A DNA stretch of 64,000 nucleotides from Oculina patagonica (taxonomy: Eukaryota): positions 6,014,001 through 6,078,000 of the forward strand of contig NC_135770.1 in NCBI RefSeq assembly GCF_052425735.1, read 5' to 3'. Numbering within the stretch: the stretch's first letter is position 1; each line of letters opens with the position of its first letter. Of this stretch, positions 51,137 through 60,313 are shown piece after piece. The notes below the pieces were generated by a model. The model was not told the origin of the DNA. It did no database searches and worked only from the letters and a program-made list of their open reading frames with translations. The position numbers and the translations under genes are program-made.

Positions 51137-52774
51137 TAGACAGAAACATTAAAAATGTAAAAACCAATTTTAAGCAGCATCCGCTAAAAAGGATTTTAAT
51201 GCAGACTTTTGGGTAAAAGGGTTCATAATTGTACACTATATTCATTACTAATTTAATACTTACACTTATTTATCATTTTACACTAATTTATTATTTCCTC
51301 TCAGGCATTCCAAGTAAACCCAAACAATTCGGGATCGACTTTTCTAGGCTAGAAACCTTGTGGATATACGGAGACTCACAGGCCGAAAGACTTCACTTGT
51401 CCATTAAGGATGGACCTCTGTGCACAGAGATCTTTAAATCCTGCAACCTAAGTAAAATGTGGGTGTACCCTTACCAAGGACAAGTACCACCCTGGGACGA
51501 CAAAGACTTCGATGACAAAATAATCCTTGATCATCTCAGAGAGGTACTTGAGAGGCCCGAGATGAACAAGAATAGTGTATTGATTTTGAACCTTGGACTT
51601 CACTACATGGAGAGTGTCACTCTTCAGGATTATCAACTACTTATTAAGAGAGTCACTGATATTTTGAAAGAAAAGGACAAAGATACCGGCGAATTGAAGT
51701 ATAAGACACGTGTTATTTGGAAAACCTCGACTTCAATAAGCAAGGAAAAAGACACCGCAAGCCAGATGAAGAGTGATCGGCGACGATTTCTCGCGTTACC
51801 AGTGAGTAAAAAAAGAATTATTTCCTTTTGCCAGTTGTAAGGCAAACAGAGGCGATTATCGTCAGGTTTCTGAAGTTTCGTCAAACTTCAGGCTGAGCTC
51901 TTTGACGTCACGCATACATTACCAGCTCCAAGATGGCAGCGTTCAAGTTGTCGAGTTTTGGGAAAGATTTCGTAGGTTTATAGCGTACGTTGGAGGCTGA
52001 AATTTTGGTGAATAACATATCTTTATATAAACTTTTTATTAGCGTAAAGAAAACAAATGGCCATTCTGGAGTGAACTTCTCCTTTAACCCCTAACCACGT
52101 TACAGATCCGAATATTTAATTGTCGCACCCCAACACCTAACTGTTTGCTCTTTCTAAGCCATAAACGCGAGAATCTATACCCCAAAGGATGTGCCAAATC
52201 AGCTGAAAAGACACAATGTACTCAATTCTAGTCCAGAGCAATGAAATTTAAGACTAACGCAAAATCTTATCACCAGGGCTTTGGTGAAAAAAAAGGGAAG
52301 CGATATATACGCAACTGAAAAAAATACCGCAAGGCTGCATACCTTGCCTCAGACTCATAATCCCTCGTATTCTGTTTTCTCCCCAAGGTCTAACTTAAGC
52401 CGGTCTGGTTTACAATAAAGTCGAGAAAGAGAGAACCATTACCCTGTCTAACTCCGTCTGCTTGATGTGCTCGTCGCTTAAGGTGTCTGATTTAGTCGAT
52501 TTACTGTTTTTTTTTTCTTTTTCAGCGTGTGACTCTTTACAATTCCTTCGCCACGTCCCTTATGTGCCAGGCTGGCTTAGAGGTCCTTGATGTTTACCCA
52601 TTTACGAGGTCCTATCCAGGTGGTACCGGAGGACCCGAGGTTGCGTATTACAAGGAGAATGACATTGTGCATTTCAAGTTTCACGTCATGAAGGCTCTCG
52701 ATCTACTTTTGGAAGATTTCATTCACGGCAAAGTACCTTTTCCTATCGATTTTCAAAATTACATGTTTTCTTAA
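47762..52774 (+). CDS. NXPE-B: paralogue of NXPE-A, 525 aa. Exons 47762-48326, 49061-49189, 49975-50112, 51305-51801, 52526-52774.
   Basis: Same intron positions and phases as NXPE-A; 1578 nt open frame. Motifs GGDSWRV, DHGNGTY, LWIYGDS, LNLGLHY, DIVH. Confidence 0.88.
50502..50783. repeat. Double-hairpin palindromic non-autonomous element in NXPE-B intron 3
   Basis: tttataccacgccatagaaaatac / gtattttctatggcgtggtataaa (24 bp perfect), plus a second long imperfect hairpin tactatggaatatcccac...gtgggatattccatagta. Confidence 0.85.
51008..51145. repeat. (GACA)n microsatellite
   Basis: Imperfect agac/gaca tetranucleotide run. Confidence 0.95.
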
Positions 52775-55037
52775 GCAGTTTTGACTGTTCGTTGTCAGCT
52801 TAAAGCTTACGATTTTATAAGAGAGGATGCTCACACGCAGAGGAGCTCAGTCCTCTGGCTCACACGATAAAACGAAAGAGAATGATGTCTGCAAAAAAAA
52901 GAAGTTTAAATACACTTGTGTTGCTATGCTGAGATGAAAAAATGTTCTAAATATTAATTTAAAGGCAACAAAAGTGAGGAAAAGCGATAGATCACCCAAA
53001 ACCAGGCCAAGCAGAACACAGGCAACCAAGAACCAACAACAAGCGGGAGCGGGACGGGAGCGGATCACGACGATTTGGACTTCAATGAAAAGAAAGTGGC
53101 GCGAGTTTTAAACCAAACACTAAGAAGCGCCGCCAGACCAAAGCAAACGCGAATTACTTTCGACACTGATGTAAAAACCACTCAGTAATACACACCTTAA
53201 AGCTAGCAATGAACCAGGATACACTGATGCATTTTATTTTAGTTCTTGAACACACACACACCCCTTTTAAATCGACTGAGTAGGCTGAAACCTGACCATT
53301 AAATGATTTCCTAATAAAACATGAAATCCAAAAGCTAATTTTGACGCACCGAAATCTTTCTCCAAGATGATTTCAATTAACAAATCCAAACCTGGATTTC
53401 ATGGATTTGCTATTTTTGCGTTATTCTTTTTGGGAAATGCGTAAAAAGGATTTGCCAAACTATTCTCGTAAACAAGTTGATGATATTCATCACTCTCTTT
53501 GTATTTTTCTGAAAAAGCGCTAAAGTAGCATACTGCATAAAATGCAGGACGACCCAGGAAGGATTTCGGTTCAAGGGAAATCTATTTTCGGATTTCGTGT
53601 GTTTTTGGCAAATCCGGATTTCCCAATCGAAAATACCCTAAGTTTCAATTAACTCCTCTACAACACCCGATGTCCGATGAGGCTGAAGATAAGACAATGG
53701 TGTTTAGACGACGATAGTACAGCCAATCAATTGCATGGATTTGCAATAGACGACGACGAGTTAGTTTTAAAAAGGCATGTGTACTTTTCAAGGTTTATTC
53801 TCAAAACCTCCGCGCAAAAAATCAAGATGGATGCTAAGATGGTATACTTAGCTGACATCTTACAAAATGTCGCTATTAGCTACCGCAATCATAGGCATTA
53901 CAGCCCACAAAAGAAAACTATAAAAATGACAGCAGAACCACTCTTACGCAATCGAACTAATCAAGTGTCAATGAATATGACGTCGTTTGCAGGATATCAT
54001 CTGCCAATTTCCTTTTGTAGCCGTCATGTTTACATTGTTTCAACTGATGGCAGTGTTCGTAAGGTAATTGCCCGGAAAACGAGCTTATTCTTTATTCTAA
54101 AAAAGGAACAACTACTTCAGGGAACGTTAAAAAGAAAGAACAACAACAAAGTAATGGTAAAAAGAAAAGGTAGAAATTATTATTTTCGAAAAAAGGCCGT
54201 TTCGAAAAGCACTTAAGTTTAGTTGTTTTCAATCACTCCCTTCGATTTTAATTTTAATGCATCGCTCAATTCAAGTTTGTCATTTTTTAAGCATCATCAG
54301 ATAGTTTCCATTTTTAATCCTCCAGTTTCAAAGAATATTTTGTTATTGAATTGGTTTATTTACAGACCGAGATCAGTTTACATAACAAAAGGTAATATAA
54401 AACTTCAAGTAGAATCATATTGAAACAGAAATGCTTTTAATGGCATTTTTACGTTAGTCAATCGTGAACTCGTCATTTATAATGTGGTAACTATAGTTGG
54501 GTGGTCCTTGAAGGTCAGCTTTTGAGATTTGATATGATGTGAATGGCGTATCACGAGAAATAATGATAATGTGTCCCACGCGTTAAGGATGTCATTGGAT
54601 CCGTTTAGGTGCAAACTATTATTATAACTACTTATCGCAAAAGGTCTAAACCAAACATAAACCATAGATAATCAATTAAAGCCACAATCGAGAAGCAGGT
54701 GTATATTATCTTCATGACAGCTCCCTCTCACCGCCTTTGCTGTGAAATTGAACTCGCTCCAAAGTTCATTGTCAAAGCTGCACCTAAAACACAGGCAATT
54801 TACCTGCGGACGCATTTGAGAACAATGTAGCCCCAAGTTTACCTTTCGAAAACGATAGTACACTATTATATGACGACGGCAAGGAAATCGTTTCATCTTG
54901 CCGCTGTTGATGTTTCTAAGGAACTCTGATCTTCCCTCCCCGAAAACTCGTCCTTACCTAATTAACGATCGCTTAGAATTTCAAAAGGTCTGTTTTGAGA
55001 ACATTGTCCACTTTTTATCTTCACAAAGTTGGCTTAG

Positions 55038-56049
55038 ATGACGGCGTACTCGCCAAACAACTCAAGCAGGCTGAAAAACGCCACTGAAGAATGGCAGGCC
55101 AATGTATTTCCTCTCCGAGCAATTCTGGCGCCCTACCATCTTTCTTGCAGTTGTGATCTTAATTGGCAATTCTCTGGTCATTTTATCTTACAAGACCAAC
55201 AAGCGACTGAGAACTCGAACTAACGCGTTTCTCGTCAGTTTGTCGATCTCGGATTTCCTGGTTGGAAGCATATCTCTACCGATGTGGATCTACATTCTCA
55301 TAAAAGAGTTCAGCGAATCCGTCGCTTTCAATGCTGTTTTCAGAATTTTTGATGTTTTTGCAGCTCTTGCGTCCATTTATCATTTGACCGCCATAAGCAT
55401 CGAGCGTTACATTGCTGTTTCTCGACCGTTCTATTACAAATGTTTGCCGTCGTTCTTTCACCGAGCGATGATAGCTTCTGCCTGGTTTGTCGCTGGCCTT
55501 CTAGCGTCCCTTTCTTCTTTAACAATTGTCCTGAAAATCTCCTGGATCAGCCAAGTCTACTCCACGGTCTTGTTCATTTGCGGGTTCGCCGTCCCCACCG
55601 CCATAATAGCGTGTATGTACGTTGGAATCTTTTCAGTGGCACGTTCTCTTCTTCAGCGCAATCCACCCCGCCACACGAGTCAGGAGAGCGCGAGGAGCTT
55701 GACGCAGTACTACCAGGGACAGAGAAAGGTCGCTATCACTGTTGCACTCATTACAGGCTTGTTTATCGTGGCATGGGTGCCGTTTTTCACGGTGTCGGTC
55801 ACAGCTGCATACTGCATCCATTGCCTTCCTTCCTCGCCAGACTCCCTCAGAGGTCTGGTTATCATCGTCAAGTGTGTACATTACCTAAACAGCGCTGTCA
55901 ACCCACTTGTGTATGCGCGCCGTGACCGTGAAGTGAGAAGGACATTTATAAGACTGCTAGGGCTGAAGAGAGGTATTTTTGGATTTGGTGGAGAGGAGGA
56001 AACTCCGTGGGGATTTCCACTACGACCTCAGTCATATAATGTAACTTAA
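55038..56049 (+). pseudogene. GPCR4: class A aminergic-like receptor with a +1 frameshift at 55131-55133. Could be a pseudogene, a sequencing error, or a gene rescued from ATG 55102.
   Basis: ORF 55038 (MTAYSPNNSSRLKNATEEWQANVFPLRAILAP) matches the GPCR5 N-terminus, and ORF 55102-56049 matches the rest of GPCR5 in another frame. The sequence gcg-ccct-acc versus paralogue gca-cct-tcc shows one extra C. Confidence 0.85.
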
Positions 56050-56865
56050 AGGGACAGTGTCACCATGATTTAGTGCTACTTTACAATGCAATGAAGGTGT
56101 TGGTATTTATTGGAAATCCACAAATAGTGGCCTGGCCTTACTGGAACGTACTCCCAAGGGGGGTACTCCGGCTTGTAAATGACGGGGATGATCGAATGGA
56201 GGCAAAACTCAGGACCCAAAAAAATCCCTAAGTCTTCTGACATACCCAAAAAAATCCCTGGGTCAAAAATAAACCTAAAAAAAAATCGCTTGTCAAATTA
56301 CCCCTAAATTGCCAGGAGGGGCAATAATATAACACAAAGAAAACCATAAAAAATTGAACGCTCGTGTTTGTTTATTCATCATACCATAAATACGCCAAGG
56401 CCGCGCCAAGGCACTTAAGTTCGTTTTCAATACCCAAAAAAATCCCCAATTTAAATCAAGTCACCCTAAAAAATACTTGCCAAATTTTCCAACCCAAAAA
56501 AATCCCGGAATCGAAAATTTCAAACCCAAAAAAATCCTTCGATCATCCCCGTCATTTACAAGCCGGAGTACCCCCCTGGGAACGTACTGCACTAGTTATG
56601 AAAATTGTTAAAAGGTACTTTGGCTATGGACGGATAGGAAAGTAATGGCCTAAAACTTGAAACCGTCAGGCCGAAGTTTGACAGTGTTAATTAATTGGAA
56701 GAAAATCACTCAAAAACCATTGACTATGTTTTTTGACACCTTGGAGAATGAATTTATGCCTTTCTTTTGTTGCCCAAAGGTTACTTTGTTGATTAGTGAG
56801 TGCATTGTTATAATTCTATCATAGTTTACATCAAAATCTTAGAAACTTCTCGTGATTCTACCCCT
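56050..56865. mobile_element. TTAA-flanked (Kolobok-like) non-autonomous element immediately after the GPCR4 stop
   Basis: ttaa|agggacagtgtcac ... gtgattctacccct|ttaa; related start at about 62411. Confidence 0.6.
56153..56580. mobile_element. Young nested MITE with CCC...GGG termini and 8-bp TSD
   Basis: About 43-bp TIRs ...gggggtactccggcttgtaaatgacggggatgatcgaa; perfect TSD aacgtact (56145-56152, 56581-56588). Confidence 0.92.
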
Positions 56866-56964
56866 TTAACTCGACTGAATGGTGTGTTCTTTGGTAAAAA
56901 TCTATAGGTCTGATATACGAACTTGAAAAATAAAGCTAACACCATCATCGATCCTTTTCGCGCC

Positions 56965-57259
56965 ATTGGACGCATAACCAGGAGTTTACGATCCTCGTCT
57001 AAAAACTTACTAAAAATACCATCTGTGAAATTAGTAAGCTATGGTCAAAGGTGCTTCTCTTTTGTAGCACCTAGCCTATGGAACTCTCTCCCGAACTATA
57101 TAAGAGAGAGCGGCTCGCTATCAGATTTTAAGACTTGTATAAAGACATATCTTTTTAACAAATTTTTTTAATTAGACTTTTAGTTAGTCAGTTAACCAGT
57201 ATATTAGATAGTTTAGTTAGACAGTTAGTTAGTCACTTAGTTAATTAGTTAGTTAGTTT

Positions 57260-57291
<32 letters not shown>

Positions 57292-57479
57292 ATGAGTTAG
57301 TTTTTCATTTAAAGGTTTTAATGATTCTTAGTTTTTATTTTCATTTTTACAACTTAGCTATTTTATTTGTTAGTTTTTTCCTTTTATCACTGATGTAAAT
57401 TTTTTAAGTAAATTTCACTTTCTAATAATATTTTTACTGTAAAGCGCCATGAGCCATGGGATATGGCGCTATATAAATC

Positions 57480-57522
<43 letters not shown>

Positions 57523-57530
57523 ATTATTAT
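56965..57530 (+). mobile_element. 5'-truncated L2-clade LINE 3' end
   Basis: RSLRSSSKNLLKIPSVKLVSYGQRCFSFVAPSLWNSLPNYIRESGSLSDFKTCIKTYLF*, a (TTAG)n tract, a terminal stem-loop agcgccat...atggcgct and an (ATT)n tail. Confidence 0.9.
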
Positions 57531-58991
57531 AAGGCCTCAAAAAAGCTAACACCGCACTTTGAATATTATATTGGACATCCAGTCTAAGGAATGATGCAAT
57601 TCTCTGTTTTATTTCTTAAAGCGCAGTTTCCATCCTCCGAACCTAAAAAAAATGCCGAAAACTCACTTCGACGGTTTGACTCTCGACACCCCGACTCCTA
57701 TAACGACCGAATAAATTAAATCGTTCAAATCAGTTTGTTCAAAAATTTGCGACACTTTTGAATCACTGAATGTTTTCCTTAACATGACCCAAAAATAACC
57801 TGTATCGAAAGTCAGAAACGATCCTCCGACCATGTGAACGTAGCGATAAAATTTCATGGCATGTTAGTAACTTCCGAAATTAACGACTTCCCAAGAGTAG
57901 GCAGAGTAACGAACCTCCGGAAGTTAAACGAACTTGAACTATAAACATGTCTATAGTTTGACTTTTTCTATGTAACATGCATCTGAAGGAGAACCTACAG
58001 CAAGTTCACTGCCACGTCTCACAATAATACCAAGTTATATTAATAATAATCATCCACTTCATCCACTGTCGCCTGATTGAATTGGAATTAAGAAGTGTTG
58101 TAGAAAAAATGTTTGACCTCATGCATGGAATGGGGGTGGGGGGGTGGGGATAAATGTGTCCAAACTTAAGTCTCAAATGCATTTAATCACAGGTCATTTC
58201 TGATTTCTTAAAACGCTTTAATGCATGTAAACGGTTTCTAAGGAAGGACTGAATACAGCAACTACACATGTCACAAGTTTCCCAGAAAGCCACTAGTCGT
58301 GTCTTTTATGGTTTACACAGTTTTTCTCTACGACCTTTCTCAATCAGGCGTATACAATCAGCAATGAGGTAAGACCCCTAAAGGCTAGAAAAAGGATTCC
58401 TTTGAATTTTATTAAAAAAAGAAAGCAGTAATAAATACCTTTTTGTTGGTCGGTTTATTTACATATACCGGAACATATTTTGGCCATTCAAAAAGAGGCG
58501 ATCTCTGGAAAACATTAAGCGCGAACTTTGTGTACATCTGTAAATAATAATTCATCAAACAAATTAGGTCCCCCTAATCTAGGACATACATGTATAAAGC
58601 CCTACAATAATATTTCACTCCCTAGAATATTAGCTAAACAATAAGAAATGGAATAAAATGAAAATTTAAATAATATATTTACAAAGTGCAGGCGTACCTC
58701 AAGAAGAATGGGCTACTCACCTCGTTTTCTGTGAGCAATAGTAAACTCATAAACACGATAAGGGTTTTAACACCAAGAATACTAAAGCACAAAATGATTA
58801 TTTACAATGCTCGTTGACTATCCGCTCATAGAAAACTCGGCTTCGTAGTCTTATTGTTAATTATTTTTCATGAAGTCGGTGCGAAAATATTACAGAGGAG
58901 GTCGATTAAGTCCGTTTTAAAGAGGTTTAAGCTGTGCGTCTCGTTGAACCAGTCCTGGGCAAAGGCTTTTTAAGCCATTCGCATGCGTATG

Positions 58992-59175
58992 CCAACACTT
59001 AACGTGCAAACGGATTCCATCCGCGCTAAGGTGTTCGTTTAGGCTGTTCATTGTTTTATGCTTATTTTGTAGCGTTCCTTATTTGCATACTGTACAAGTC
59101 TCTTGAAAATGGAGTCAAGATGACTCCGAAACGTCGAGCAGTATTAAATCTTTCTTGGTTCTTCTTATTTTATTG
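58992..59175 (+). mobile_element. Penelope-like element 3' remnant with a variant hammerhead motif (59100-59138)
   Basis: PTLNVQTDSIRAKVFV* resembles the C-terminus of a PLE GIY-YIG domain; then ctc-TTGAAAA-t-ggagtc-aagat-gactcc-GAAA-cg-TC-gag. Confidence 0.75.
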
Positions 59176-59311
59176 TTATATTGCTGATTATGAAATGTTA
59201 AAACGTGAAGTATATTGCTGGATACCGCCTGACATCGCCTGCGAGGTTGCAGCACGTGACTCCAGTTTTCAGCCAATGAGGGCGCAGAACTGGAGCACTA
59301 ACATTTGCATG

Positions 59312-60313
59312 TTAATTTCTAGGCCTCAATGGAAATCCCCACGGTGTTTCCTCCTCACCATTGAAACGAAAATTACCTCTCTTCAGCCTTAGCAGTCTGA
59401 TAAATGTCTTTCTCATTTCACGGTCACGGCGCGCATACACAAGTGGGTTGACAGCGCTGTTTAGGTAATGTACACACTTGACGATGATAATTAGACCTCT
59501 GAGGGAGTCTGGTGAGGAAGGAAGGCAATGGATGCAGTATGCAGCTGTGACCGACACCGTGAAAAACGGCACCCATGCCACGATAAACAAGCCTGTAATG
59601 AGTGCAACAGTGATAGCGACCTTTCTCTGTCCCTGGTAGTACTGCATTAAGCTCCACCTAGTGCTTTGCTGACTCTTGTGGCGGGGTGGATTGCGTTGAA
59701 GAAGAGAACGTGCCACTGAAAAGACACCAACGTACATACGCGCTATAATGGCGGTGGGGACGGCGAACCCGCAAATGAACAAGACCGTGGAGTAGACTTG
59801 GCTGATCCAGGAGATTTTTAGGACAATTGTTAAAGAAGAAAGGGAAGCTAGAAGGCCAGCGACTAACCAGGCGGAAGCTATCATTGCTCGGTGAAAGAAC
59901 GACGGCAAACATTTGTAATAGAACGGGCGAGAAACAGCGATGTAACGCTCGATACTTATGGCGGTCAAATGATAAATGGACGCAAGAGCTGCGAAAACAT
60001 CAAAAATTCTGAAAACAGCATTGAAAGCGACGGATTCGCTGAACTCTATTATGAGAATGTAGATCCACATCGGTAGAGATATGCTTCCAACCAGGAAATC
60101 CGAGATCGACAAACTGACGAGAAACGCGTTAGTTCGAGTTCTCAGTCGCTTGTTGGTCTTATAAGATAAAATGACCAGAGAATTGCCAATTAAGATCACA
60201 ACTGCAAGAAGGACGGAAGGTGCCAGAATTGCTCGGAGAGGAATAAAATTGGCCTGCCATTCTTGAGTTGCGTTTTTCAGTTCGTTTGTGTTGTTTGTCG
60301 AGTTGGCAATCAT
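59312..60313 (-). CDS. GPCR5: class A aminergic-like receptor, 333 aa, near-identical inverted paralogue of GPCR4
   Basis: First in-frame ATG at 60313 (caaaATG, MIANSTNNT), preceded by acceptor ctctttgtcttcag at about 60337. Motifs GN, LSISD, D3.32, ERY, AWVPFF, NPLVY. Confidence 0.93.
   Translation of the reverse strand: MIANSTNNTNELKNATQEWQANFIPLRAILAPSVLLAVVILIGNSLVILSYKTNKRLRTRTNAFLVSLSISDFLVGSISLPMWIYILIIEFSESVAFNAVFRIFDVFAALASIYHLTAISIERYIAVSRPFYYKCLPSFFHRAMIASAWLVAGLLASLSSLTIVLKISWISQVYSTVLFICGFAVPTAIIARMYVGVFSVARSLLQRNPPRHKSQQSTRWSLMQYYQGQRKVAITVALITGLFIVAWVPFFTVSVTAAYCIHCLPSSPDSLRGLIIIVKCVHYLNSAVNPLVYARRDREMRKTFIRLLRLKRGNFRFNGEEETPWGFPLRPRN

Noticed and set aside
50989-51245. LSVC-repeat ORFs
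   Set aside because: Translation of the (GACA)n microsatellite.
53677-54216. 179-aa ORF between NXPE-B and GPCR4
   Set aside because: No recognisable domain, Lys-rich from A-runs, no counterpart in the mirror arm.
55440-55925. 161-aa overlapping ORF inside GPCR4
   Set aside because: Alternate frame of a GPCR; interrupted by a stop in the near-identical GPCR5 copy (two ORFs, 59424-59657 and 59658-59912).
19438-60313. Opsin identity because of a TM7 lysine
   Set aside because: The opsin Schiff-base lysine is 7.43; here 7.43 is Tyr and the Lys is at 7.39.
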